Below are positions 24,011-33,926 of a DNA stretch of 64,000 nucleotides, piece by piece (position 1 is the first letter of the stretch; each line of letters starts with the position of its first letter). Origin of the DNA: Deltaproteobacteria bacterium (GTDB lineage: Bacteria; Myxococcota_A; UBA9160; UBA4427); assembly GCA_002709835.1 (NCBI GenBank), contig PAQX01000076.1, positions 2,985-66,984 of the forward strand. The letters are read 5' to 3'. The notes under the pieces were generated by a model. It did not search any database and was not told where the DNA came from. It saw only the letters and a program-made list of their open reading frames with translations. A program made the translations under genes and the position numbers.

Positions 24011-24236
24011 GCTCCACCGCGCGCTTAGTCTGGTACTACGGCTGGAGGAGGTCGACGACGACCAGGACGAAGATCGCGGCCGCCAGAACGAAGAACACGT
24101 CGGTGATCGCAAGCGCCGACAGGATCGAGTCGAAGGAGAAGATCAGGTTCATGGTCACGATCATCGCGATCACCTGACTCGCGCTCTTCGGGTCGCGCTC
24201 GGCTTCTTCACCGGACTCAAGATGCTCGATCGCCAG
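24011..24236 (-). pseudogene. Decayed partial duplicate of the 3' part of the TerC-family gene at 25113..25931
   Basis: Nucleotide-level similarity of 24011-24236 to 25151-25230 plus 25424-25592, read by eye. The translated piece is LAIEHLESGEEAERDPKSASQVIAMIVTMNLIFSFDSILSALAITDVFFVLAAAI|FVLVVVDLLQP*. The intact gene reads LAIEHLESGEETDREPKSANQVIAMIVTMNLIFSFDSILSALAITDVFFVLAAAI...VLVAVDLLQSKYQ... The copy lacks all N-terminal TMs, carries a 204-nt internal deletion and has an earlier stop. Confidence 0.75.
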
Positions 24237-24244
24237 AGAAAATC

Positions 24245-25084
24245 GTGATAGTTTCGGATTTTCAGTCGTCAACTTGGGGTGTATCTCCAATGCTCTTCTC
24301 CGGAACGAAGACCTTGCGCCAGATCGCCGCCGTTCTCGAGACCGGCAATCTGCTGTTCCTTCGCCTACTTCTGACCAACCCTTCAGCCGCGCGGGTCTTC
24401 CCGGGCGAGATGTACCGCAGCTACCTCGGGCTTTCCGGGGGCGATGCCTGGCCCTGCCGGCCCATTTTCGAGCTGCTACCGAATGCCGGTAGGGTTCGCG
24501 CGACCATCGAGCACATCCCCTCCAACGTGATCGGGACGCCCCTCGAGCAGCTTTCGGCACTCGCCCTCTTCGCGCGCGCTACGAACGCGACTCGCATCTT
24601 CGAGATCGGCACGTTCAGAGGTCGAACGGCCCTGAACTTCGCGCTGAACCTGCCGGAGGGTGGTCGAGTCTTCACGATGGATCTGCCCCCGAGCGAAGAC
24701 GCACGCGGGGACGCGTCGGATAGAACGAACTCTTCGGACGCAACCATCATCAGCGAGAGTACGACCGGATCCGACTACAGAGGAAGCGATGTCGAATCCA
24801 AAATCGAGCAGGTCTACGGCGACTCCTCGGTCTTCGATTTTTCTCCCTACTACGGGTCGATGGACCTGGTGTACGTCGACGGGGCTCACCACTACGACGC
24901 CGTAGTCCGAGACTCCGAACAAGCGATCAAGATGGTCCGTCCGGGCGGTTACGTCCTCTGGGACGAGTTCTGCAACTTCGGCGACTACGCCGACGTGACA
25001 CGCGCCGTATTGGACGTCGTTCCGCGCGGCCAGGTCAGTCACGTAGAAAAGACCCAGCTGGGGGTCTACCGAAAGCCCCTCTGA
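24245..25084 (+). CDS. Class I SAM-dependent methyltransferase (Methyltransf_24/O-methyltransferase-like)
   Basis: Motif I-like string: RIFEIGTFRGRTALNFA. Also present: VFTMDL and LVYVDGAHHYDAVVRDSEQAIKMVRPGGYVLWDEF. An alternative ATG start lies at 24290. G+C is visibly lower than in flanking genes: three 60-nt lines I counted gave 43-53 percent, against 63 percent for a line in the neighbouring sulfotransferase gene. Confidence 0.75.
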   Translation: MIVSDFQSSTWGVSPMLFSGTKTLRQIAAVLETGNLLFLRLLLTNPSAARVFPGEMYRSYLGLSGGDAWPCRPIFELLPNAGRVRATIEHIPSNVIGTPLEQLSALALFARATNATRIFEIGTFRGRTALNFALNLPEGGRVFTMDLPPSEDARGDASDRTNSSDATIISESTTGSDYRGSDVESKIEQVYGDSSVFDFSPYYGSMDLVYVDGAHHYDAVVRDSEQAIKMVRPGGYVLWDEFCNFGDYADVTRAVLDVVPRGQVSHVEKTQLGVYRKPL

Positions 25085-25112
25085 CCGCCCGAACAGCAGG
25101 CGGATGCCTCTC

Positions 25113-25931
25113 CTACGCGCCCCAATCCCCGCGACTGACCGAGCCGTACTGCTCCGCTGCGCGCTTGGCCGCGAGCTTCGTCTGGTACTTCGACTGGAGC
25201 AGGTCGACGGCGACCAGGACGACGATCGCGAAGTAGAAGGTCGCCTTCGAGATCGGCTCGATCGGGAAGCCGGCGATCGTGAGGTGGGACGCGTGCCCAC
25301 CCTCCCCGAGCAGAACGATGGCGACGATCAGCAGAATGAAGAGGCCGAGGACCTCGTACTTGCGGTTGCGCTTGATGAACTCGGAGACCGAGTCGGCGAG
25401 CACGAGCATCATCACGCCGGAAACGACGATCGCGGCCGCCAGGACGAAGAACACGTCTGTGATCGCGAGCGCCGACAGGATCGAGTCGAAGGAAAAGATC
25501 AGGTTCATGGTCACGATCATCGCGATCACCTGATTCGCGCTCTTCGGCTCGCGATCGGTCTCCTCCCCGCTCTCGAGGTGTTCGATCGCCAGCAGGTGGG
25601 AGATCTCCTTCACCGCCGTGTACATGAGGAAGGCACCACCCGCGAGGAAGACGATCGTCGAGAACGTGAACTCGCCTTCCAGCACGCCGGTCCAGTGGAT
25701 CGAGAAGAAGGGCGCCGAGAAGGTCTGGAGAAGCGACATGATCAAGAAGAGCAGCACGACCCGCAGGACGAGCGCGATCGTGATCCCGAGCTTGCGCACG
25801 CGTGCCTGATCCACAGCTGGTGCACGCTGGGACTCGATCGAGATGTAGAGCAGGTTGTCGAAGCCGAGCACGGCCTGCAGAAAGATCAAAACACCCAGGT
25901 TCAGCGCGTTCTCGAGACTGAAGAGCTCCAC
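25113..25931 (-). CDS. TerC-family integral membrane protein
   Basis: A GTG at 25931 lies 6 nt after GAGGAGG. TerC pattern: ELFSLENALNLGVLIFLQAVLGFDNLLYISIE. Multiple TM spans follow. The upstream 53 codons of track ORF 25113..26090 are rejected. Confidence 0.8.
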   Translation of the reverse strand: MELFSLENALNLGVLIFLQAVLGFDNLLYISIESQRAPAVDQARVRKLGITIALVLRVVLLFLIMSLLQTFSAPFFSIHWTGVLEGEFTFSTIVFLAGGAFLMYTAVKEISHLLAIEHLESGEETDREPKSANQVIAMIVTMNLIFSFDSILSALAITDVFFVLAAAIVVSGVMMLVLADSVSEFIKRNRKYEVLGLFILLIVAIVLLGEGGHASHLTIAGFPIEPISKATFYFAIVVLVAVDLLQSKYQTKLAAKRAAEQYGSVSRGDWGA

Positions 25932-26058
25932 GGCTCGCCTCCTCTTCGAGGGAAGGGGAAAGTCTACGCCATCGCAGATGCGAGCCCCGCCTCGTGTGCG
26001 ATCTTCGCGAGGCGCCGACGTACTCACGGCGACAGACCGAACCACCAAAGGAAGCCCG

Positions 26059-26439
26059 ATGAGCCGCGAAGAAAAGAACAAGGCGCTCATGCGCCGCTGG
26101 TACGACGAAATGTGGGCGAATCTCGCCTTCGAGAAGATCCCGGAGCTCGCGGGGCCGACCTACACGCGCCACGACGTCCGCGGCACCCGCGCCGTCACCG
26201 CCGAGGAGTACCGCGACGAGCTCCTCCCCATGAAAGAAGCCTGGACAATCTCCGACTTCAAATACTTCCTGATGGCGGAAGGCGACTACGTGACCGCGAT
26301 CGGCACCTGGAAGATCAACGACCAGATGCAGTGGGACTGGGTCCAGACTTTCCGCGTCGAGGACGGCAAGCTCGTCGAAACGTGGCTCCCGGCCATGGCG
26401 ACCGAGGGGCGCTGGGCGCTCGACGAGATCCCCGGCTGA
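26059..26439 (+). CDS. SnoaL-like / ester cyclase-family small protein
   Basis: The ATG at 26059 follows AAAGGAAG. MSREEKNKALMRRWYDEMWAN...FRVEDGKLVETW is the typical ester-cyclase pattern. The upstream part of track ORF 25855..26439 is rejected. Confidence 0.7.
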   Translation: MSREEKNKALMRRWYDEMWANLAFEKIPELAGPTYTRHDVRGTRAVTAEEYRDELLPMKEAWTISDFKYFLMAEGDYVTAIGTWKINDQMQWDWVQTFRVEDGKLVETWLPAMATEGRWALDEIPG

Positions 26440-26440
26440 C

Positions 26441-28351
26441 TCAGGGCGTGAACCAGATGGGGCTCGTCCATGCGCGCTCCTGCTGGGTCTTCGGGAAATC
26501 GCTCGTACAGCACGCTTCGTAGCCAGGGCCGATCGTCGAGGGTTCGGCGCAGTCGACGCCGGCGTCAACGCAGAGGTGCTGCTGCCAGCGGCAGGTCGGG
26601 TTTTCGAGCACCCGGGCGTAGTAGAGCGCGCGCTCAGCCGGGTCGAAGTCCGGATCCTGCCAGCGCGAGCACAGGCTCCGCGCGCCGGCGCCGAGGGGCG
26701 TGCACGAATCGAGGTCGACGGTCGCGGTGTTCGGCTCACCGGCCACGTCGTAAACCGTCTCCTTCGCTTCTCCCCCTTCGGTCCAGGCCTTCACGATCTG
26801 GATACGCTGGAGCGGGGTGCCCGGCCGCGAAGGGGTCCCAGGATCCTGGAGCGCGGACACGAGGAAGGTCGGAGCTCCGGCGCCCTCAGGCCGGGACTCG
26901 AGATCGCCCCCCATCGGGACGCCTTTCGAATAGCCCACGCTCGCGAGGCTCCCCGTCGAACAGACGTCCTCGGGATAGTCCCAACCGCCGAAGAAGCGAA
27001 CCTCCGGCCTCGTCCCGCTCGTGCCATAGGTCTCGCGACGCGAGAGCGCCTCGAATATCGCGTCACGGGTGTTTTCTTCGGCCCAGACGACCGCCAGGCC
27101 ACCGGGGTTCATCTCGATCCCGTCGGGCAGGCCCGGCGGAATGGAGGTCGAAGCCACGCGGGACGCACCGCCGTGTCCGACGTGGCCGTCTTCGGCGACG
27201 AGGCCTGGGGTTCCGAGATGCGTGTCGGTGCTCGCGATGATCCCGTGCTTCATGGGGTTCACGCCGAGCTCGCCCTCGAGAAGCAGGCCCGTCTTGAGGC
27301 CTTCGCGGACCATCGCTTGTCGCTTCGGGGGAATCCATGCGCGACCGATCGCGCCCGACATGTTGTCGTAGGGCAGCTTCTCGAAGCCGCAGGCTTCGTC
27401 CGTCGTGTCCCCGCCGAGCAGGCACTCGGAATCTCCCTTGTGCTGCATGATCTCGATCACGCGCTCGAAGCGATTCCTGAGACGCGCCGCCTCGGGATCG
27501 AATGCCATGCCGAGCTCGGACTCCGTCACCATCCGGCTCGACTCGAACATGAATCCGTCGGTCGAGAGGTTCGAGTTGTGCGGGATCACGACCGCATCGC
27601 AGCCGGGAAGGCCTTCCACGCACTCCTCCTCGAGAAGTTCGAAGAGGCGGAACGCGCTCTTCGTGTCGTAGGACGACTGGGCGTAGGCCGGAACGATGTG
27701 GTTCCGGAAGAGCACGTTCCGGTGGAGGTTTCCGCCGAGTGCGCTCGTCCACTCGTAGCCGATCAAGCTCGTGAACGAACACGAAGCCGTCCGATCGTAG
27801 GCTTCTTCCGCCGCGGCCTGGATGTCCTTCCAGGCGCTGCGCGCGGCGGCCCGACAGAGCTCGGCACCCTCCCCACACATCTTGTGTCGCTCTCCGGCCT
27901 GCGGGCGCGCGAGAAATCCGAACAGCGCGAGGGGCGCGTTCCGCTTGTTCCAACAGACGTCGCTGTCGTACTCCGGATGGTCAGGATCGTCGCAGATGCG
28001 GACCTCACCGAGCATCTCCGAGTGGTCGGAGAGTGCAGTCCAGTCGAGCGGACGATGGAGTCGGACGGTGCGGCCACCCTTTCCGTTCCCGTCGAAGGGC
28101 TGGATCCCGAGCGCCTCGCCCTTCGCGAAGCGGTAGGCGTCGCGCGGAATGGCGCGCGTGTCTTGAGTGCTCGCGTCGTGGGAGTAGGCGGTATGAACGT
28201 GGGTGTCTCCGAAGAGCGGGCGCCGAAGCGGGTCATAGGCGCGACAGGGCTCGCGCTCCTCGGTCACGGGATAGGGACGATCCGCAGCGTTCGCTGCGAA
28301 AGCGATCCCCGCACACAGTAGGCCGACGAAGAAGGCGATCGAATGACGCAT
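26441..28351 (-). CDS. DUF3604-family exported protein (paralogue 1 of 2)
   Basis: The ATG at 28351 follows GGAGGG. Signal peptide: [22 protein letters not shown]. Family strings: [37 protein letters not shown], ends ..WTSPIWFTP. It aligns along its length with 57043..58965. The upstream 185 codons of the track ORF are rejected. Confidence 0.8.
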   Translation of the reverse strand: MRHSIAFFVGLLCAGIAFAANAADRPYPVTEEREPCRAYDPLRRPLFGDTHVHTAYSHDASTQDTRAIPRDAYRFAKGEALGIQPFDGNGKGGRTVRLHRPLDWTALSDHSEMLGEVRICDDPDHPEYDSDVCWNKRNAPLALFGFLARPQAGERHKMCGEGAELCRAAARSAWKDIQAAAEEAYDRTASCSFTSLIGYEWTSALGGNLHRNVLFRNHIVPAYAQSSYDTKSAFRLFELLEEECVEGLPGCDAVVIPHNSNLSTDGFMFESSRMVTESELGMAFDPEAARLRNRFERVIEIMQHKGDSECLLGGDTTDEACGFEKLPYDNMSGAIGRAWIPPKRQAMVREGLKTGLLLEGELGVNPMKHGIIASTDTHLGTPGLVAEDGHVGHGGASRVASTSIPPGLPDGIEMNPGGLAVVWAEENTRDAIFEALSRRETYGTSGTRPEVRFFGGWDYPEDVCSTGSLASVGYSKGVPMGGDLESRPEGAGAPTFLVSALQDPGTPSRPGTPLQRIQIVKAWTEGGEAKETVYDVAGEPNTATVDLDSCTPLGAGARSLCSRWQDPDFDPAERALYYARVLENPTCRWQQHLCVDAGVDCAEPSTIGPGYEACCTSDFPKTQQERAWTSPIWFTP

Positions 28352-28380
28352 GAGACCCTCCGGAGGAGAACGAATGGAGA

Positions 28381-29400
28381 CTACGGGTGAAGTGCTTCGC
28401 CGACGAGCGCCGCCGCCATGGACTGAATCCGGCGCGCACGGTGCGGCGAACCCAGGAAGCCGTGGAGCGCGTCTTCGCGGTGGAGCGTGACGGGGACGCC
28501 CGCGGCCTCGAGGCGGCGGGCATATGCCTCCCCCTGGTCCCGGAGCGGATCGAAGAGCGCAGTCACGACTAGCGCCGGCGGCAAACCCTCGAGTCGACCT
28601 TCGAGGAGCGGGCTCACGTAGGGATTCATCCGCTCCTGGGCCTCCGGCACGTAGGCCTCGATCATCCTTTCGATCCCCGGGACCGTCAGGACGTAGCCCT
28701 CGTAGGCTTCTTCGTAGGAGTGCCACTCGCGTGTGCCCGAGAGGTCGGTCGCCGGGACTTGCAGATACTGGAAAGCGATCGCCGGACCACCCTCGTCGCG
28801 CATCTTGAGCGCAAGGGCCGCGGCCAGGTTTCCGCCCGCGCTCGCGCCGCCGACCGCCAGACGCGAGGGGTCCCCACCGAGGCGTTCTCCGTGCTCGGCC
28901 ATCCAACGCAGCACCGCTTCACAGTCCTCGATCGCCGCCGGGAATGGATGTTCCGGCGCGAGTCGGTAGTCGACGGAAACGACGATCGCAGGGATCTGAC
29001 CCGCGAAGGCGAGCATCCCGTCGTGGAAGGGGAAGCCGTTTCCCATCCACCAGCCGCCCCCGTGAATGTCGAGAAAGAGCGGCAGCGGGCCTGGCGCATC
29101 GGGCGTATAGATCCGAACCGGAATGTCGCCTCCCGGTCCGGAAATCGCCCGGTCCTCGAACACGACGGCCCCCTCCGCATCGAGGTCGCCGCGCATCCGG
29201 CGGGTCATCTGATTCGCTGCCTCCCGCGCCGCGGGCGTCATCTCCATCTCGGACGTGCCCTGCAGACTCGCGATCCTCGCGAGGATCGACGCCTGAAGAT
29301 CGAGGCGACCGAGAGGGGTGAAGGTCCAGCTCCACACCACAGCGGTCAGCGCGCCGACGAGGACGCCGAGCGCGATCGCGAGACGGGTGGGCATACGCAT
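28381..29400 (-). CDS. Alpha/beta hydrolase, hormone-sensitive-lipase-like esterase
   Basis: Oxyanion-hole motif: [10 protein letters not shown]. Nucleophile elbow: [12 protein letters not shown]. An N-terminal hydrophobic anchor or signal is present. Confidence 0.85.
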   Translation of the reverse strand: MRMPTRLAIALGVLVGALTAVVWSWTFTPLGRLDLQASILARIASLQGTSEMEMTPAAREAANQMTRRMRGDLDAEGAVVFEDRAISGPGGDIPVRIYTPDAPGPLPLFLDIHGGGWWMGNGFPFHDGMLAFAGQIPAIVVSVDYRLAPEHPFPAAIEDCEAVLRWMAEHGERLGGDPSRLAVGGASAGGNLAAALALKMRDEGGPAIAFQYLQVPATDLSGTREWHSYEEAYEGYVLTVPGIERMIEAYVPEAQERMNPYVSPLLEGRLEGLPPALVVTALFDPLRDQGEAYARRLEAAGVPVTLHREDALHGFLGSPHRARRIQSMAAALVGEALHP

Positions 29401-29415
29401 CGAGCAGTGACGCCT

Positions 29416-30282
29416 TCAGCTCATCTTCGCGATGACGTCGTCGGAGAAGCGCTTGATCCCATCAACCTTCTTGTCGAGCTCGTCGGTCATCCCGTGATAG
29501 AAGACCCAAGGAATCGTCAGGATGTGGTTCACGCCCCCGTCTCCAAGCCGCGCGTAGCCGTCGATCCCCGCTGCATCCGAGGCGCTCGCCATCACGTCGC
29601 AGTCCTCGCTCTTGCCGAGGTCCTTACGGTAGGCGCGCACCTTCCGGATGCACTCGAGGATCTCCTCTGTCGTCTGCAGGTCTGAGAGCCAGCCGTCGTT
29701 CCGCGCCGCACGCTTGAGAGCGAAGTCGGAGATCCCGCCGACCCAGATCGGGATCGGCGCCTTCGGAATCGGCGGCGTCAGCTTGAGCCGGTCGAATTGA
29801 TAGAACTCTCCGTCGTGGTCGATCCACTCGCCGCTCCAGGCCTTCTTCATGACCTCGAGCATCTCGTCGCAGCGCCCGCCCCGGCGCTTGAACGGCTGCT
29901 CGACGAGCTGGAACTCGAGGTTCGACCAGCCGACGCCGATCGTCACGGTCACCCGATCGTTCGAGAGCGCGGCGGCGGTCGCGATCTCCTTCGCAGCCAT
30001 GAACGGGTTGCGCATCGGCAGGACGTACACGTTCGTCGTGAACCGGATCCGCTTCGTCACCGTCGCGAGCGCGCCTGCGAGGACCCACGGCGAAGGGAAG
30101 TGGGACGTCTCGTCATACCGCCGGGTGCCGTCCTCGGTGTAAGGATAGGGCGTGTCGAGGGTCTCGGGATACACGGCGTGATCGGATGAGGCGATCGCCT
30201 CATAGCCCGCTTCGTCCGCGGCACGCGCGATCTCGACGAGGTGCTCCGGCGGCTGAAAGGCGGCAGAGATGACGAACTTCAT
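29416..30282 (-). CDS. LLM-class (luciferase-like) flavin/F420-dependent oxidoreductase
   Basis: A 288-aa ORF. Strings: MKFVISAAF...YEAIASSDH, VLPMRNP, IPIWVGG. Confidence 0.75.
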   Translation of the reverse strand: MKFVISAAFQPPEHLVEIARAADEAGYEAIASSDHAVYPETLDTPYPYTEDGTRRYDETSHFPSPWVLAGALATVTKRIRFTTNVYVLPMRNPFMAAKEIATAAALSNDRVTVTIGVGWSNLEFQLVEQPFKRRGGRCDEMLEVMKKAWSGEWIDHDGEFYQFDRLKLTPPIPKAPIPIWVGGISDFALKRAARNDGWLSDLQTTEEILECIRKVRAYRKDLGKSEDCDVMASASDAAGIDGYARLGDGGVNHILTIPWVFYHGMTDELDKKVDGIKRFSDDVIAKMS

Positions 30283-30334
30283 GAATGGGCACTCCTGGGC
30301 AGCGATGGGGTGTACGGCGCGCGTTCGATTCTTG

Positions 30335-30757
30335 CTAGGCGCTCGGTTGGAAGAGGACGAGAGTCTCGGGACCGAGGTCCTCGAAGGTCGCTTCGACGGC
30401 CATGCCGACCTGAACGTCCTCTGGCGCGCAGCCGATGACGTTCGAGGTCATGCGCGGTCCCTCCTCGAGCTCGACGATCGCGACGACGAGGGGAAGCCGT
30501 TCGCGCTGGGTCGGGTCGAGGCCGACACGGTCGACGGTGTAGGAATAGACGCGACCGCGGCCACTCGCCTCTTGCCACGTCCAGTCGTCGCCGAGACAGA
30601 CGGGACAGCGAGGACGGGGGTAGAAGAAGAAGCCGTCCCGAGGACAGCGCTGAAGCCTCAGCTTTCCCTCGCGGGCCCCGTCGAGAAAGGGCGCGCTCGT
30701 GGGCGTCCGGCGCGGGATTGGTCGTCCGGCTTCCGAGAAGGGCTGTTCGACCCGCAT
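30335..30757 (-). CDS. Zn-ribbon/OB-fold protein (DUF35 family), thiolase partner
   Basis: Strings: GKLRLQRCPRDGFFFYPRPRCPVCLG and GRVYSYTV. Its start shares nt 30757 with the last stop-codon base of the upstream thiolase-like gene. Confidence 0.8.
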   Translation of the reverse strand: MRVEQPFSEAGRPIPRRTPTSAPFLDGAREGKLRLQRCPRDGFFFYPRPRCPVCLGDDWTWQEASGRGRVYSYTVDRVGLDPTQRERLPLVVAIVELEEGPRMTSNVIGCAPEDVQVGMAVEATFEDLGPETLVLFQPSA

Positions 30758-31950
30758 CAGGCCCCCTCCAGGACGAGACCCACATTGGAGGCCATAAGGC
30801 CTCCGACTCCGGTCACGAACGCCTTGTCCGCGCTCGCGAGCTGCCTGTCTTCCGCTCGGCCCTGCAGCTGGGTCAGCGCATCGACGACGTGGGAGAGGCC
30901 GCCCGCGGCGCCCCCCTGTCCCATCCCGAGCTGACCGCCATGCGTGTTGAGCGGGAAGTCTCCGGCGAAGGACAGGTCGCGTTCCGCGACCCAGGGCCCA
31001 CCCTGCCCCTTCGGCGCGAACCCGGTGTCTTCGAGGGTCGCGAGCACCGTAATCGTGAAGCAGTCATAGAAGGAGCAGAGATCGATGTCGGCGCGGTCGA
31101 CCCCCGCCATCCCGAAAGCCTGATCGGCAGCCGGCTTCGCCGGCGTGACGGTGATGTCCTTCATGTTCGTGACCGTCTTGTGGCTCACGTACTCGCCATA
31201 GCCCGAGAGAAAGACCGGCCGGTGTTTCGCCGTCTTCGCGCGCTCCGCGTTCGTCACGACGACGGCGCCGCCGCCGAAACAGGGCATCACCATCTCGAGC
31301 AGGTGAACCGGATCACAGACCATCGGCGACGCCAGCACGTCGTCCACGGTGATCGGCTTGTCCTTGAAGACCGCCTTCGGGTTCTTGAGCGCGCTGTTCC
31401 GCTCGTCGACGGCGATCTTCGCGAGCTGCTCCGGCGTCACTCCGTAGGCGTCCATGTAGGCCGTCGCGACCATCGCGAAGGACGGTGCCGCCGCGACCAG
31501 GCCGTAGGGGATGTCGTAGATGCTCTGCGGCGAGCCCCAGGCGTCGCCGGCGAGATAGGGTGGCATCACCATCTTGCGCGCTTCGTCTCCGGCCTGTGAC
31601 GGAGACGGCGTCGACGGGACGAGCACGAGGACCGTATCGCAGAGACCGACTTCGATCGCCGCCGCTGCGCGCCAGATCATTCCGGCGGAGCTCGCACCGC
31701 CGATGTCGACCTGCTCGCTGAAATGAGTCTGGATGTCGAGGTACTCTGCCAGCGCGAGAGGCCCGAACATCGGCGAATCCTGCAGCCCCCCGGTCACGAG
31801 ACCGTCGATCGCATCTTTCTCGATCCCGGCGTCGGCGAGCGCCTCCGCCGCGAGCACGGCGCAAGCCTCCATGCCGAACATCGGTCGTTCCCATTTTCGT
31901 TCCGGGGCCCACTCGGTGAAACCGACGAGGGCGGCAGCGCGTTTACCCAT
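30757..31950 (-). CDS. Thiolase-like protein (SCP-x / lipid-transfer-protein type acetyl-CoA acetyltransferase family)
   Basis: The ATG at 31950 follows GAGAGGAA. MGKRAAALVGFTEW... Strings: GGASSAG and LNTHGGQLGMGQGGAAG. The upstream 46 codons of the track ORF are rejected. Confidence 0.8.
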   Translation of the reverse strand: MGKRAAALVGFTEWAPERKWERPMFGMEACAVLAAEALADAGIEKDAIDGLVTGGLQDSPMFGPLALAEYLDIQTHFSEQVDIGGASSAGMIWRAAAAIEVGLCDTVLVLVPSTPSPSQAGDEARKMVMPPYLAGDAWGSPQSIYDIPYGLVAAAPSFAMVATAYMDAYGVTPEQLAKIAVDERNSALKNPKAVFKDKPITVDDVLASPMVCDPVHLLEMVMPCFGGGAVVVTNAERAKTAKHRPVFLSGYGEYVSHKTVTNMKDITVTPAKPAADQAFGMAGVDRADIDLCSFYDCFTITVLATLEDTGFAPKGQGGPWVAERDLSFAGDFPLNTHGGQLGMGQGGAAGGLSHVVDALTQLQGRAEDRQLASADKAFVTGVGGLMASNVGLVLEGA

Positions 31951-31988
31951 GTATTCCTCTCGAATGCCGAGTCCCGTCGGGCCGACGG

Positions 31989-33173
31989 TCAATCGCGCAG
32001 GCGAACCGGCAGGGTCCGGAGCCCGCGCGCGAAGGCGGGGCCGTTGATCGGAAGCGGGCCTTCCGTCGCTCGCTCGAGACTCGGCCACTTCTCGAGCAGT
32101 TTCTCGAAAGCGAGCCGCAGCTCGAGCCGCGCAATGTTCGCGCCCATGCAGAAGTGAGTGCCGATCCCGAAGGACACGTGGGGGTTCGGGTCTCGCGTGA
32201 TGTCGAAGGTCTGCGGATTTTCGAAGACCGTCTCATCCCGATTCGCGGCGGCGTACATCAGCAGCACCTGATCGCCGGCCTTCAGCGGAACGCCCTGGAT
32301 CTCCAGATCCTCGGTCACCGTTCTGCTCATGTTGAGCAGCGGCGTGACCCAACGGATCATCTCCTCGATCGCGACCGGCAGTCGCTCGGGCTCGCGCTTC
32401 AGCAACTCGAACTGCTCCGGGTGCTCGAGCAGCGCCAGCGTGCCACCGGCGATCACGTGCCTCGTCGTATCGCTCCCCCCGTTCAGGAAGAGCAACGACT
32501 CCGACGCGATCATCGCATCGTCCCGTGCGGCATCGCCGTTCTCCGCGTTCGCGATGATCTTCGAGAACCAGTCCTCGCCGAGGCCCGCCTCCCGCCGCTG
32601 AGCCACGACGCCCATCGCTTCCTGGAAGAAGCCCGTGGCCGTGTTCATCATGTGCTCGTCGGCGTATTTCGGCCCGCCCCCGGCGGCCATTGTCACTTCG
32701 GCGATCTCGGCGTAGCGCGGCCACTCTTCGTCCCGCAGCCCGAGGGCCTCTACGATCACCCGCACCGGAAGCGGAATCGCCAGCTCCTTCACGAGGTCGA
32801 ACTCGGTCTGCCCCTCGAGGCCTGCAAAGAGGTCGTCGACGATCCGCTGGATCCGATCGATGAACTGCTTCGCGCCCCGCGGCGTGATCTCCTTCTGGAA
32901 GATCCGCCGGTAGGCGAGGTGCTTCGGATCGTCGTTGTCGATCATCGATCCGGAGCCCGGGATGTTCGGGCGCGATCCCTGCGCGCTGGAAAAGCGCTGG
33001 GGGTCCCGGGAGATCGCGACGATGTCCGCATGATGCGAAATCCCCCAGATCCCATTCGTCTCGTCCCAGTAGACCGGCGCGTTCTCACGGAGCCAGGTGT
33101 AGGCCGGCTGGGGGTCGCCCTCGTAGAGCGCGCGATCGAGGAGATCGATGGTGCGGGATTCGGCGGCAGACAT
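31989..33173 (-). CDS. Cytochrome P450
   Basis: The ATG at 33173 gives MSAAESRTIDLLD... Haem-binding loop: FGIGTHFCMGANIARLE. I-helix: LNGGSDTT. ExxR: EEMIRW. Confidence 0.9.
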   Translation of the reverse strand: MSAAESRTIDLLDRALYEGDPQPAYTWLRENAPVYWDETNGIWGISHHADIVAISRDPQRFSSAQGSRPNIPGSGSMIDNDDPKHLAYRRIFQKEITPRGAKQFIDRIQRIVDDLFAGLEGQTEFDLVKELAIPLPVRVIVEALGLRDEEWPRYAEIAEVTMAAGGGPKYADEHMMNTATGFFQEAMGVVAQRREAGLGEDWFSKIIANAENGDAARDDAMIASESLLFLNGGSDTTRHVIAGGTLALLEHPEQFELLKREPERLPVAIEEMIRWVTPLLNMSRTVTEDLEIQGVPLKAGDQVLLMYAAANRDETVFENPQTFDITRDPNPHVSFGIGTHFCMGANIARLELRLAFEKLLEKWPSLERATEGPLPINGPAFARGLRTLPVRLRD

Positions 33174-33431
33174 CGGACGGAGCCTCTCGGTGTGGGAGCC
33201 CGGAACCCCGGTTCGGGTCGGGCGGGCCCCCAATCCTAGGGCGCCGGGACGGGCTCCGCTGCGGCCGCGCTCCCCTCGAGAAGGATGGATTTCACGCCGC
33301 TACTCGTCCTCCGATTCGTACTCTCCCGCGGCGGCCTGAGCTTCCGGTCGGGGCGATTCGAAGATCTCGCGGCGGCGAGACGGCATCGACGGCGAGCATA
33401 GCGTCGACCGCCTCCTCGAGGCGGCCGCGCT

Positions 33432-33881
33432 CTACTTCAACTTCTGAAGCATCGCGCCCATGTTCGCGTGGACCCTCTGGATCGCCTTCAGCGGACGGAT
33501 CATGACCTTGAACTCGACGATCTTTCCCTCGTCGTTCCATTTGATCATGTCGACCCCATTCACGAAGATCCCGTCCATCTCGGTCTCGAACTCGAGCACC
33601 GCGTCGTGGCTCCCGAGAACTTCACGCACGTACTTGAACGCGCCCTGCGGCTTCTCACCGCCCGCGCCACCGACCTGCTTCGCCTGCGCGTCGTCGCCCG
33701 GGAACACGTTGAAAGCCGCCATCAGGTACATCTTAGTCGCGGGCTTCCCCGCTTGCGGCGTGTGAACGACGGGCGAAAGGAAGACCACGTCGTCGGCGAG
33801 GATCTCGTCGAGGGTCTCTTCCTTCACGTCACGAACATAGGCATGCCAGGCTTCGACGCCGGTCTTCGCGGGACCTTCCAT
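33432..33881 (-). CDS. NTF2/SnoaL-like fold protein
   Basis: A 149-aa ORF with high third-position GC. The pattern DDVVFLSPVVHTPQAGK...GIFVNGVDMIKWNDEGKIVEFKVMIRP is typical of this fold. Confidence 0.6.
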   Translation of the reverse strand: MEGPAKTGVEAWHAYVRDVKEETLDEILADDVVFLSPVVHTPQAGKPATKMYLMAAFNVFPGDDAQAKQVGGAGGEKPQGAFKYVREVLGSHDAVLEFETEMDGIFVNGVDMIKWNDEGKIVEFKVMIRPLKAIQRVHANMGAMLQKLK

Positions 33882-33926
33882 GGAAATTCTCCGGTCTTGG
33901 GGGTCCCGACGCGCGGCCGGGACGAG

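Noticed and set aside
24237-24560. Upstream 108 codons of the 174-aa ORF 24036..24560 (-), which would make the TerC-like fragment a full gene
   Set aside because: Similarity to TerC begins only at ..LAIEHLESGEE.. (about 24236). The upstream translation is Arg/Ser/Gly-rich nonsense and runs antisense to the methyltransferase gene.
25932-26058. Possible yybP-ykoY (Mn2+) riboswitch in the 127-nt leader of the TerC-family gene
   Set aside because: TerC genes often carry this riboswitch. The leader has GAGUACGUCGG and GCGUAGACUUUCCCC, which faintly resemble the conserved GGGGAGUAGCGUC and AGCAAGACCUUUCC. However, I could not form the P1 helix, because no GGGGAAAG-type 5' strand is present. The spacer must also hold two divergent promoters. 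A covariance-model scan (Rfam RF00080) would be decisive.
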